This document shows, piece by piece, positions 18,174 to 30,899 of a stretch of DNA of 64,000 bases. A program made the position numbers and the translations under genes. The notes beneath the pieces were generated by a model, which was given only the letters and a program-made list of their open reading frames with translations, did no database searches and was not told the DNA's origin. The stretch comes from Syncephalis fuscata S228 (lineage: Eukaryota; Fungi; Zoopagomycota): assembly GCA_025786725.1 (NCBI GenBank), contig JAHLTZ010000044.1:62001-126000 (forward strand), read 5' to 3'. How positions within the stretch are numbered: position 1 is the stretch's first letter; every line of letters starts with the position of its first letter.

Positions 18174-18366
18174 TATTTAACAAACTTTAACACGACACTA
18201 GCATGAATTAAATATCGTAGTTTTTTAAATAATCAAGCTCGTATTAGTAAAACAAACAAATAGTATTGTATGCCAAATAGTTTATTAGGGATATTCCAGC
18301 AAGTGTATCTAACAGTTGCTTGCTGCACGACAGACCGTGGATGTTTTGCCCAAACAATAATAGCCA

Positions 18367-19654
18367 TTAGAACTTGAAAACGTGTTCTTTATCGTAGCCC
18401 ATCGATTTTAAGGCACCGCCGACTTCGCCCTGGGTGTAGTTAGGACCTTTAGGACCAGATACACTTTCAAGCATTGGTGGTGGACCGCAAATCATGACGA
18501 TATTACCTTCGGTTGGTGCTGGCATCGTCTCTTTGATCATCGTTGTGTTGACAAATCCCTTATAGTGTTTCCATTCGCCAACAGGCTTGTCTACAGTGTA
18601 GTATAAGCTAAGACGGTCGGGATATTTGGTGGCCATAGCTTCCAAGACGTCGCGGGCTAAGATATCATCTTCAGTTACATTGGCGAAAAGTAAAGATAGC
18701 TTCGTTTTATCCTCGGGGTTCTCGAGTACTTTACGGGCCACTTGGATCATTGGTGTAATACCTAGTGCACATTTTTATAAATGACTAACTCCTTTAACTT
18801 ATTTACAATCACTTACCGGTGCCACCTGGTTAATTACAGTTCCATTGATTCATGATTATTAGTAATTATTTATTGTTTTACTATTTTTACTTACCAGCAA
18901 TCAAGCCAATGTGCTTATATTTATTGGCCTCATAAGGGAACTTTGGAATTGGACCTAGAATGCATGATTGTTATAATAAATAATATTGATAGTCAACCAC
19001 GTCCTACCTTTCATTTCAAGGCTGTCTCCTGGCTTTAGATTGAACAAAGCTGGTGTAAACTGGCCATCTGGCAAATAAACGAAATGCATTAGCGTAAATT
19101 CAATTAATATTTGTCAAAATACACTTACCAGCATAGCTTTTAATAATAAAGTCAACATGGCCCGTGTCTTCTTCACGAGAGATAGGTGTGTAGGACGAAT
19201 GATATAGTCGCCTTCTTTGCCTCCTTTCTTGGGCAGACGAGCCACAATACAGGATGCAACCTTAAGACCAAATGCTTGATCTGGAGAATCAAGTTGGAAG
19301 CGGAACAGACGAGTGTTGTGCGTGATATCCTTGATTTCAGAAAGCTGGAATGCGCGGAACTGGTCGGCATTCAATGCACTAGGCGGTGCTTTAGCTGACT
19401 TTGTATTTTTAACTGCACCCTGAGTGGAATAGTAGTAGTAATAGCCTATTAATTATAGTCAGCTATCTGTAAATTAGGCAGATACAGTTGCTAGACTTAC
19501 CGGCGCCTGCAAGACCAGCTAAGCCAGCAAGAATCATACCGCTATTACCACCTGAAGTCTTACCGCTAGCCGAGCTGTAAAAACGAGGAGTGGCAGCATG
19601 TGCCATACGGGTGCTCGAGAGACGAGTCGCGTGCAATAGACTAGTACGGAACAT
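18367..19654 (-). CDS. MCR1: Mitochondrial NADH-cytochrome b5 reductase (spliced)
   Basis: Presequence plus TM, ITHNTRLFRF, GLKVASC, IRPY-TP (frameshifted), GPIPKF, IAGGTGITPMIQV, LLFANV, ICGPPPM, GPKGPNYTQGEVGGAL...VFKF. Confidence 0.93.
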
Positions 19655-19839
19655 TTTAATATAGTCAGTTGTTTAGTATCAATAAGCTGGTTGTGTAATG
19701 CAAAGAAGAGTGATGACGCAACTATGAACTTGCTTATGGGCTGAATATCAAAAGTTGTAATTTTTAATTATAGTTTTAATCCATTTACTATTTCATTTTA
19801 ATACGTTCTATTGTAATGATGACTTATTGAATCAATTAA

Positions 19840-20394
19840 TTTTTATTCTTTAATGCATCACTTTGCTTTTAATTGTTCTATAATAATGAGTGTTCAAGGA
19901 TCAAATGACTTTAATTATATTAATTTAAGCTTTGATATATTGATTAATACTGAACATGTTTTATAATAATGAGTAGTTTTTGTTATCAACCGACATCAGT
20001 ATTTAATTCACTCATATTAACAATGCAACATACAGTCTATGTCATTACATTTCCTTTCTCTTTCTTTACACCTGATAGTATATATCCATTGCATATACTT
20101 GTACACTCTATATATCATATATATATATAGTCCAGTAGTTGATTGATTACCAGTCAAATGCAAACACTATTTACACTATGTTCTTGCATTGCTCTTCTTT
20201 AATCTTTTTACGAATTATTTTCACCACTCCAATCATTGGTGCTAACACTTTATTGGCACGATCTATAATAGAAATTTATGGCAAACTAAAGAATACAGTG
20301 ATTTTGGCAGTATATAGATTGTATACAGTACTAAAATTAATAATTGTTAAAATTGTGACAGCTTATGATATATGCTGTGCTACAAGTTGTAGCA
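19840..20394 (+). repeat. Dispersed repeat family 1, diverged copy
   Basis: Aligns to 30900-31230 (e.g. ttcactcatattaacaatgcaa...catttcctttctctttctttacac...ccattgcatatacttgtacactc...gcaaacactatttacactatg) and ends in the palindrome tgctacaagttgtagca. Confidence 0.8.
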
Positions 20395-20915
20395 TTTTAA
20401 GGGCATCTGATCACATATAGACTATATTCTAGTATATGTGCTAATATATATAGTTGTAATCAGTGGTGAGTAATATTAAATTGGTAACTACTGTAGTTTA
20501 TTGTTATAGGTATAATTAATAGATAAACGATACCAAGAATAATGTTAATCCGTATTATTACTACTATTATAAAGTATTTAATAGAACGAATGTCTAGTAC
20601 AAATACACAAATGTTATTACATTTAGTTATTTAACTACCATTATTACTAATGTCATGTTATTATTTTAAATGACTGAAAGTGCCACACTTAAATTTCTTT
20701 TTCTGTTGTCCAAGTTGTTTCGTTCTTTACTCTGCTGTCACTTTCATGATCATTTCAACATATGGTATGACTAAAAAGTGATATCTATCTTATCCGTGTT
20801 TTATCTATATTCTACTTTATTTTGTTTAATAACATGTAGAAATAAAGTAGTTATTTCATTATCAATTAATAGATGTTTTTACTAATGATTTGATAGTTTA
20901 TTAAAAGTGGAATGA

Positions 20916-23900
20916 TTAATTTACATGTGAATGCACCGTGTCCATGATTCGTGTCAATTGTCGACACATTATTGGAGATGTCAACGATGACTGTTGTTCA
21001 TCTATTAACTGTGCAATTAAAGATGAGCTAGCATGGCTATGTTAACTAGTCTATTAAATATATATTTACTATTTACTTACTCTATGGAACAGATATCTGG
21101 CAGCACCTTCCATTGAGGCGTGGCTGTTGGCTTCAACGGTAGGGCAACACTAAACTGAAGACCCACATGGATCTTGCCAGTCGAGTCCATTGTACGGGCT
21201 GAGACTAGACAACAACCAGTATCTGGCGCAATTTCAACTTGTTCAACTTGATGGCGTATGTTTAGCGCAATTATGTCATCCACAAATAGATCAAATTGCA
21301 TTAGAGAATGTAGTACATCTTGCAGCGACTATAGTTGCAATTTAACGGTTAGTGGTATTTAATTTAGACACCGTATTTAACTTGCCTGCTTCAAATTTCT
21401 AGTTTTGAATTTGGCAATAATACCATTAGGCATTATAGAACGAAGCTTATAGTAGGTTAGAATGGGTTGTAACTTGATGTTGATGGCTACTTACTGCTGA
21501 CCAGCATGGTGTGCGCGTAAATTGATCTTCTTTAGGAGTGCAAGTAATATTAAACTTCTTGTAATCGACTATTAATTGGTATCGATCTTGATAGGATAGA
21601 ATCATCATATTCACGTCCATCTTTTCAAAATGACATCCAAATGCGCTAGTGACCAATTCGTAAGTGGCTAACAATACACATATTAGTCAAGATGAATATT
21701 AATAGAATGGCATTACCTTGTGCTTCATCCAAGTCCTGTTTAGAGGCGTGACGAGCTGTGGAACAGGTGGCTTTTGCCATAGCAATTGCCTAATATAGAT
21801 AATAAAATAAGATATCGATTGCATTATATTTCGTGACTTACCTGGCGAGCAGCTTGCATCTTCTGACGAACACGCTCCAATTCTGTGGATAAAGATTGTT
21901 TGTCCGTTTTGATCTTGGCCAAATTATTGCGGAAACTCGTTAATTGCAGACTATTGATCGTCAAATTAATATAATTTACAATACATTATACAATACCGAC
22001 TTTTGTTCTTCAATAGCTTCCTTCAACTGGGCAATTTGTTCAGCATCACATTGGTCTAATTCCTCTTTTCTGTAATAAAAATGTCTATTAGACATAATAG
22101 TGGCCAATATACTGTGTATTTACCTTGCTTTAGCCTTATTCAGTCTTTCTTGAATTTCTTTGTGACGTTGCTTGATATCCGGAAGTACTGGGCTTAATCG
22201 CTGCTGAATGTCCTTTAGCAATTTCTCATCCTATTTAAAATCAATATCAAATAAAGTGCGTGTTATGATTACTAACATGGTTCAGATTCTCCAGATGTTC
22301 TTGCAATGTAGATGCCACAGGAGTAAGAAGCTGTCCTCGCCATTGATATAATGTCTGCATTGTCTGTGCCTTTGCATATGCCTTGTTAAGCTTGAATTGT
22401 CTCTATTGTTGTCGTTAATTAGAGGTGTTAGTAGCTAATGGTTATTGAAATGTGTTTATATACCTCAAGTGCAGAGCGGCTGTCTCTTGAGCTAGTCATG
22501 TACTGCTTAATAATTTGCGGATTATTGGCCGAAAGATGCGCTTCTATCTTTACATTGCTGGCCTTTGTATTTTCGATAAATACTTGGAATTCCGTGCAAT
22601 ACTATGGGCTGCTTGTTAGTGTCAAGTATTATTCGTCACATCTACCTACAAATTCAAACAACTCAGCCAGTGGAGTGACGGTAATCAATGAAATCACTCG
22701 ATCGGACGGTGTTGGTTTTGCGTTGATCGTTTCGGGCATTAACGTCAATCGACGATGTGTAGTTGTAAGATCGTCCATAAAATTGATACCGGCCAAAGTC
22801 AAGAAATCACTGATGGAAATCTTGGTCAAGTCATGCTATAGCATATCACTATTAATACACTATTATCTAACACTAGATTAACTTACAGTGTTATTGGTGG
22901 TCATCAACGATGATTTTTCAGCGTGGATAGTTGAAGTGTCATTTGATAGTATAGGAGCAGTAATATTAAAAAGATCATCTTGCTCTCCCGCCAATACAGC
23001 ATTCAATGCTTGGGTCACATTGTCCATGGTCTCAGTTCGCGATTGGTCAAATTGGAATAGCTGTGTACTAGTGAGGTCATTTTGCTCCAGTCCCATTGAA
23101 GCTAACAAACACAGTTAGTAGATATAACTAAATATAGTAGTCACTTACATAGATTAGCATTGGATTGTGCTATAATTGAGTTTCTCATTGAATAAGAGGC
23201 TGAAAGTCTTCCAGCAATGGCAGATCGTAATTGAGCACTGCCAGGTGTCCGAGCACGCCGTTCTAACGTGCGTGGACTGCGTAGTTCAACCTTGCGAGGA
23301 CGAGCTGGTGTCAATCGACCAGGTGTTCCCATACGAAGTGTTTCTCTTATATCAGCGGTAATACGACGGCTACGTGGAGTAACTGTACGACTTGGTGCCA
23401 ATGGTTGTGGCGATTCACTAATGGCGTCAAGTTGTATTAGATTAGAAGTATTCGATAGTGCCATTGGCTCGTTTTTAGCGACTATAGCACTACTATTCAA
23501 AGCTAATGTCGCTTTAGATTTAGATGGTGTTTGCATAGTAACATCCATTGGGTCAGCTATTGTTTTATTAGGAGACAATTCTTGTGACATTGCTGGCATG
23601 CTATCTTGCATTGTAGTTGAATGGAATTGCTGTGGTGTGGGCTGACTATTTGGTAATGGTATGTTGATGATTGTACTAGGTGCTTCCAATGGTAAACTAC
23701 TTATTATACTTTCTTCGGTTGGCCAAATATTTGTTAGTTCAGTGTTGTTGTTTTGATCTTCTTCAGCAGTATTCAAGTCCAATGGGAATGTTACCAATTG
23801 TTGTTGTTGCTGCTGCAATGGCTGTTCAAACATTTCCTCTTCCTCTTCTTCATGGTCATCAGGTATAATTCCATTACCAACGCATCGTGTCAAATCCATG

Positions 23901-25632
23901 GTCATACTATCTGGGGTGGGTGGAGTGCTGGATGCGCCCATCCATACATCGTTTAATGGCTTGGGCTTTGTTGTAATACCACCAGCACAACGAGTCATAT
24001 CCATAGTTATATCTTCATCCATGTTAGTCGTAACATCATGTATATTAAGATGCTGAGTATCGGTTGGCGTTGGACGCAATGCTTCAGCGTTATTGGCCAT
24101 ATCCATAGTTGCTGGCTGTGGTGCATTTGGTATAAATTGGACTTCTGTATTGCCACGAATACCACCGACACAGCGTGTAAAATCCATTGTATTTTCAATC
24201 TGCATAGTATCTTCATCAATTAAAGCATTTTGATATTGATCTATAATGCCACCAACACATTGAGTTGTTTCCATGGCCAAATCCTGGAATTCATCAGTAT
24301 CAAAAATAGATGTCTTTTCATCGCTTTCTTCTTTAACGGTGTCAACTAACAATGGCTGGGTTGGATTAGTCGCCTGGTTGTTATCGCTTGTAGATTGGCG
24401 TAGCGGTGATTGTTTAGCCAATCGACTTGGTGATCCTATTGCTCGCAATCTCATTAAAGTTGATGATACGCCCATAGACGAACGTCGGTTTGTTAATGGC
24501 GCTAATTACATAGTAATGTATTAATATTAACACTTATAATATCTACTATTAGCTAGTTACTTACAATTTTCATTAATGGCTGTAAATGGCGAATCCATTG
24601 ACATATCACTGTTAAATGACATATCTAAATATTCTTGATTTTCTTGCTTGCCAGTGAATGCTGCTTCTGATGGTGTGCTACTAGCTGATGATGAGCTAGT
24701 AAGTTGATTAACCTGCACTTCATATCTAGACAAATGCCATTTATGTTAACATATGCTTATAGTTTTAGCTGCATCGACTTACTCTTCTTGCCAAGCAGAT
24801 GTATGCTCAAATGAAGCTGTGTCGCTTGCTCGCGAGCCAATGGATAATGTACCGGTAACATCTTCGTTGATAGATAGATGTAGATTAAACTCGTCATTGG
24901 CGTCCAAATCGTTGGCATCAGTATTCAAATTTGGCATACTAAATGCATTTGTTTGAAAGCTAGCGTCGGAGGAAAACGACATTTGCGGTGAGCCAAAAGA
25001 GTCGCGCTTATTGCTGCTAAATGATACAGCCTTTTGCTTGGATTTTGGCGTATCTACTCGATCAATTACGCTGACGATATGCAAAGTTAATAATACACCT
25101 GGCCTGCCATCGTTACTTACCGAACACGGGCTGTAGTGGCAAAGCTAACCCGTCTACCAAGCGATTTACGCGATAAACGCCGTTCCAAATTGCTAAAATT
25201 AATTGGTTAATCAATGTCTATTTATTCTCATTATCAATATTTACGTCATGTTCATTGTCTTGGACTCATCGTAGGTGCCGGTAGTATCCTGACTATCACC
25301 GTAGAACTGGGAAAGATTGATAGGAACAGTCATATTGTGCAGTGGCGATTTAAGAATGCCACGTAACGGCGCCTTCTTTAGTTTGGAAGGTGTACCCAAT
25401 ATACGTGGGCCATTCTCTTTGTTATCCGATTTACCAATAGATAGACGCTATAGAATGCATATATTCATCGCATTAATAAACATTGCCGTTTAACTAAGTC
25501 GCTGTCTAAAGCATCTTGCTGTATCAGTCTACTTGCCTCCGAACGACGACGTTCTGTCGAATTACTTGACGCGCCTTCTGCCTGCTTCTGTCGTACATAA
25601 AGCGACGATTCAAGGCTTTTCCTTCGTGTCAT
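20916..25632 (-). CDS. SPC105: Kinetochore scaffold Spc105/Spc7/KNL1 (spliced; ends approximate)
   Basis: N-terminal RGILK and RRVSF PP1-binding motifs; MELT-like repeats METTQCVGGI, MDFTRCVGGI, MDMTRCAGGI and MDLTRCVG; Spc7 domain ISISDFLTLAGINFMDDLTT plus coiled coil. Confidence 0.92.
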
Positions 25633-25726
25633 TTTGCACTAGGGAAGCTAATCAATAAAATGAATAAACAAAAAAATAGTGACTGATAGACGACTATAAG
25701 TTTAGGAAATAGAAGAAATCGGAGAA

Positions 25727-25743
25727 TGCGCGTGTGCGCGTCA
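25727..25743. promoter_or_regulatory. Tandem ACGCG (MCB/E2F-like) cores in the SPC105-derlin divergent promoter
   Basis: tgcgcgtgtgcgcgtca lies ~100 bp upstream of the SPC105 ATG in otherwise CG-poor sequence. Confidence 0.4.
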
Positions 25744-25972
25744 TTTCTCAGTCATCAAAATCATTTGTAAACATTGGACTAAAACTGCCACTTTAAAACT
25801 GGCAGATTTGGTTATCAATGTATTCAATAATAATGATGACTATTGTTACAATTACGAGTAAAGCACTGACTCATAGAGAAATACACCTGCTACTCACTCG
25901 TCCACCAACCAACCAAACTCTACACTTGCTACTTATTACAACTTGCTATGCTTCTGTCGTCACCTATTCGCC

Positions 25973-27156
25973 ATGGCTTTTCCACTTGAACAATGGTATC
26001 TAGAGATTCCGCCGGTGACGCGTTGCTTCATCACACTGTCCAGTGTAATAACACTTGCCACAGTAGGTGATGGGCGGTTGACATGCACGCTTTCTAACTG
26101 CTTGTATACTTGTAGCAATTGAAGCTTGTGCGATGGTATCACCTTTACTATACGCATGACCTTGTTTTTAGGCAGGGCGAGGTAAGTACGCGTGTCTGTA
26201 GCTAGTAGCTTTTATTTAAATGGATATTGTACTGATAAACTATATGTATACACTAATACAAGTATTGGCGATTACTGACTAATTTTGCTTATTTTGGACC
26301 ACTGTCGTTGGACTGGTTCTTTCATATGTATTTCATGTAAGACAAATAAGCAGATATTTACATGTTTATGCCTACAGCAATGAATAAATATAGGATTCGA
26401 TATAGTCGAATGTTGGAGGAAGGATCTTTTCGCAATCGAAAGGCCGATTATGGTGGATGCTGTTCATTTCAGCTGTTCTACTATTGGTAAGGTCTTTATA
26501 AGTGATTAGATGGGCGGTAACAGCTATAATAATACAAATGTTAATATTAATTAATACTTTATCAATATCAGCTATTAGCGCCATTTGCTGCGTCCCCATT
26601 TCTTGGCTCCACGCTGGCATATGTACTGGTCTACGTGTGGTCACGACGTGAGCCGTGGGTAAGATTAAACTTTTTAGGTTTACTTGTCTTTCGCGCACCT
26701 TTCTTGCCTTGGGTGTTATTAGGATTCTCAGCTGTACTGGGTGGCGGTTTTCCTATAGGACATTCGATTGGTATTGCCATCGGGCATATCTACTATTTTC
26801 TTGAAGATGTATGGCCACGTGAAGGTGGCCATCGATGGCTAGCAACACCCAGCTTAGTGTAAGTGATTATTACAGTAATAAGAGTGTTATAATAACCAGT
26901 ACTTTATACATTGCCACTTAGTTACTGGCTACTTAACGATCGTCCTAATGCTCATGATGATGATGCTACACTTTATGTGCCATCAAACGAAGCCGAAGAT
27001 GAGAGTAGCGATGAAGATACAAGTGATGTGGAACTGTTAAATGCCGAAGACGAGTTTGCACCACCATCAGCTGCAGCTGGAGCGGCAATGGCGTCATCGG
27101 CGGCGGCGGAAGATGACCGAGAATGGACTCGGGTAACACGTCCTCACGAGGACTGA
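25973..27156 (+). CDS. Derlin (Der1/DERL2-like ERAD protein), spliced
   Basis: [83 protein letters not shown]. Confidence 0.93.
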
Positions 27157-27551
27157 GTGTCACCGAATTAAAATAAATCATATTTTTATCGTTAATATTT
27201 TACACGTTTAGTTAATACATGTACAGTATACAACAAATGACAATTGTAAAGCTGGGTATAGTAGTTTTATTATATTTGTGAAGCGCGTAAAAGAAGATTT
27301 TTAAACTGTAATATAGAAATGCACAAGACCATTGGCATGTAATCATTTATATTTGCACAATATGTATCAGATTAAATAAATTGCAATGAGATTTACTTGA
27401 GAATTCAAAAAAATGATTTACGTTTAAAATGCAAACTGGTGAAATATACAGTAGAAAAGAGCAAAGAAGGCAGCTAACAAAAAGGTAACAGGCATATGGC
27501 CAACACAATAATCGCACTAGTAACTATGCACATACAGCATTATCAACAGTG

Positions 27552-28290
27552 GCGGATCGTACTGCTAGTATAGTCGCTGAACAAGTTTTCAGCACTAGTA
27601 AAGCAGCTGTACATGATGGCTGTGGTGGCTATATGCTGCCAGATCCGTTTTATACTTTGATTTGCTATAGATCCTGCTGCAGATCGTACTAACAGTAGCT
27701 TGTACAGTCTTGACAATAGCATATTGCACTGTTACTGTTGAGATTGCAGAGCTGTTGCCAGATGACCTGCAATTGCGATCAATAGTAACAACACAGCATA
27801 CAACGAGATTTCACAGCATATGCTCAAAATAACATAAAAACAAGTTGGAAATGCACCTACCGCGTTAATAAGGCTGCCAATACCAATGACCGGAGTGAAT
27901 AAGGTGATTTGCAAAGGTCGGATTAAAGAAGAGCAATGCAAGGGCATAGTGTAAATAGTGTTTGCACTTGACTAGTAGTCAGGCAACTACTGACACTATT
28001 TAGGTAGCATATATGGAGTGTACAAGTATATGCAATGGATATATGCTGTCAGGTGTAAAGAAAGAGAAAGGAAATGTGATGACGTAGATTGTGATCTGTA
28101 GATTTGTCAGTCAATATTTATAAGCAGCCGAGTTTAATTCATTAATAAATGGAGTGTGAAATAATAAAAGTCATCTACCCAACATGTCGGCATATCATAG
28201 AACATATTAATAGTAAATGAATAAATACATTAAGAATAAAAGTTATTTTGCCCTCAAAAACACTCATTATTATAGAACAGACTATCAATA
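27552..28290 (-). repeat. Dispersed repeat family 1 copy; 27602-28090 is the left arm of a 489-bp inverted repeat
   Basis: The reverse complement of 27602-28090 matches 31016-31504 with about 7 mismatches by eye. It is also more distantly homologous to 35750-36270 and 47575-48200. Confidence 0.93.
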
Positions 28291-29126
28291 AAAAATAAAT
28301 GTAATAAGAGAATAGGTAACAAACAATAAAGACACATATAATCATAGAACAATGCCACCAATAAAATAATACAGGATGAATCAACTAATGGTGATTACAG
28401 TTACTATGATACAGTACATCACGATGTACCTTATACAAACTTAAACACAGTAACAGTTAACAACTTTCAACAGAAAACGTAATTGTCTCTCTAGATTTCA
28501 CATACTATATTATATGCCTCAATAGCTATGGCTGCTGAGGGCTCAGGGCATATTAAAAACGACAAGAACAACGACTAAAACATTGCTTTCAACATCCAGA
28601 ATAGAGGCGAGTTTGCAAATATAAAAATGCTGAATGATTTATCTCAACTCCGAAAACATTTTCTATCTAATTAATACGAACATTCGATTTTAAATGCCGA
28701 GCCTATCAACACTCCTGTTGAAGTGAGAAAAGAGGAGTGTAATAGGCCAGAATTAAGCATGCAGTTCAACATAACAGGTTATGCTATAAACGAGTCACAA
28801 TCCCTTGTCCCCTTTGAACCCAGCGCATTACGCCTTTTCCCACGACATTAATATAAATCCATTGCTTTGGCATTATATATTTTGCTTTCCACCTAAGCCT
28901 GTCCGTGTCTTTAACGACTACTTTTTCCTTACTTTATTTGATTAACGAATTCGTTTTTTGCCGTTATTTATCGTTATCTATCGTGGGTTGTTTATTATTA
29001 TATCACATAACTGGTTGAGCCATTTCTAGGCAACACTTTATTTGTGACCGCTGCCTATTTTGATCCATTACCTATCATGCGATTAGTCAACGCCACACCT
29101 AGCTTGACCTACATCATCCCGTTGAC

Positions 29127-30803
29127 ATGCCTAACCAAACGCCGGATCTGAAGGCGTCTGCTTCCATCACTAGCCTTCCCGCCTCTTTGCAAGATGCTAA
29201 GAACATAACCGACAATGATGATCAGCAAAATCTTCATAAAGGCCTGCGGGCCCGTCATTTGACAATGATTTCTCTTGGTGGCACCATTGGAACTGGCCTA
29301 TTTTTAGCAAGTGGCAGCTCGATTTTTTCTGCTGGACCGGCTGGGGCTCTGCTCGCCTATGTGCTCATGGGCTGTCTCGTTTACTTTATGATGATATCCC
29401 TTGGTGAAATGGCCACCTATATGCCGACGGCTGGATCAATGAATACGTATATTGCTCGTTTTGTTGATCCATCACTGGGATTTGCTTTTGGCTGGAATTA
29501 CTGGTACTCATGGGCAACAACATTGGCTGTAGAACTTGTGGCAGCCGGTGTGGTCATGCGGTATTGGTTACCTCAAGTACCCGTATGGGTTTGGTCACTC
29601 ATTGTACTTATCATTGTACTTTCTATCAACCTTATTAGCGTACGTGGCTATGGCGAGGCTGAATATTGGTTCAGTCTTATCAAGGTCGTCACTGTCGTCA
29701 TTTTTATCTTTATTGCTTTCCTCGTTGTATGTGGCGTGGGTCGCGATGGCCCCGTCGATGGCAGTACATTTAAAGATGGCATGGCATTTAAAGATGGCGT
29801 TCGTGGTGTAATTGGTGTATTTCTTGTAGCTGGATTCAGTTTTCAAGGCACAGAGCTTGTTGGTGTTGCCGCTGGCGAGTCTGCCCGTCCACGTCGTGAT
29901 GTACCACGCGCTATCCGTCAAGTATTCTGGCGTATTCTACTCTTTTACGTACTATCCATGCTACTAATCGGCCTATTGGTGCCCAGCACCGACGAACAAT
30001 TACTTAGCGGAGGTGATAATGTTAGTGTATCACCATTTACTTTAACATTCCAGAAAATTGGTATCAGTGTTGCCGCCCATATTATGAACGCTGTTATTCT
30101 TACGGTAGTGTTATCGGCTGGCAATAGCTCTCTTTACGCATCAAGTCGCACACTTTACGTACTTGCCCAAGAAGGCAAAGCACCAAAACTATTTGCTCGA
30201 GTCAATAAGCGTGGCGTACCTGTTTATGCCCTACTACTTACAACACTTATTGGTGCGCTGGCCTTTTTATGCTCATTATTTAACGATCAAACAGTTTATT
30301 TGTGGCTACTTTCGTTATCTGGTGTATCTGGATTTATTTCCTGGATGGGCATTGCCATTGCACATATACGTTTCCGCCGCGCATATATTGCCCAGGGTCG
30401 TTCGCTAGACGATCTGCCTTATCGTGCTAGTCTGTATCCCTTTGGACCATGGTTCGCTCTTGTATTGGGTACACTCGTCATTCTCGGTCAAGGCTACTCG
30501 GCCGTGGTTGGTGTTGACGAAGTTGACGTTAGCAAGATTGTTATGGCCTATATCGGCATTCCACTATTGCTCGCACTTTATATTGGTCATAAGCTTATTT
30601 GCAAAACAAAGATAGTCCCACTTATGGAGGTCGATTTAGATACCGGCAAAAGCGCCGCGGTCGGTAACGGATCCACTGAAATGGGCGAAGTGCCGGCTAC
30701 GAATCTTAACTGGCGCAATGGTTCTAATCCACTCCAAATGGCCAACATTGGGTGGAAACAGTTTAGAACAACGCGCGTAGGCCGAGTTATTGATAACTTG
30801 TAA
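29127..30803 (+). CDS. APC-superfamily amino-acid permease, LysP-like, intronless
   Basis: 558-aa ORF with ~12 TM: LRARHLTMISLGGTIGTGLF, GFAFGWNYW, GEAEYWFSLIKV, FSFQGTELVGVAAGES, QVFWRILLFY, VSPFTL, MNAVILTVVLSAGNS, QTVYLWLL, HIRFRRAY...LPYR. Confidence 0.95.
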   Translation: MPNQTPDLKASASITSLPASLQDAKNITDNDDQQNLHKGLRARHLTMISLGGTIGTGLFLASGSSIFSAGPAGALLAYVLMGCLVYFMMISLGEMATYMPTAGSMNTYIARFVDPSLGFAFGWNYWYSWATTLAVELVAAGVVMRYWLPQVPVWVWSLIVLIIVLSINLISVRGYGEAEYWFSLIKVVTVVIFIFIAFLVVCGVGRDGPVDGSTFKDGMAFKDGVRGVIGVFLVAGFSFQGTELVGVAAGESARPRRDVPRAIRQVFWRILLFYVLSMLLIGLLVPSTDEQLLSGGDNVSVSPFTLTFQKIGISVAAHIMNAVILTVVLSAGNSSLYASSRTLYVLAQEGKAPKLFARVNKRGVPVYALLLTTLIGALAFLCSLFNDQTVYLWLLSLSGVSGFISWMGIAIAHIRFRRAYIAQGRSLDDLPYRASLYPFGPWFALVLGTLVILGQGYSAVVGVDEVDVSKIVMAYIGIPLLLALYIGHKLICKTKIVPLMEVDLDTGKSAAVGNGSTEMGEVPATNLNWRNGSNPLQMANIGWKQFRTTRVGRVIDNL

Positions 30804-30899
30804 CGAATAAGACACTGCTGTGCTTTTTCTGTTAATTATAATGAAATAAAATTGCTATTACAAACATGTTTTATAACATGGATAGTTTTTTAGTGGTCA

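Noticed and set aside
27732-27947. 71-aa ORF duplicated at 31159..31374, and ORFs at 35442/35635/47229/47458
   Set aside because: They lie inside repeat family 1. The 71-aa frame has stops and mostly non-synonymous changes in subfamily B, so these are not supported as genes.
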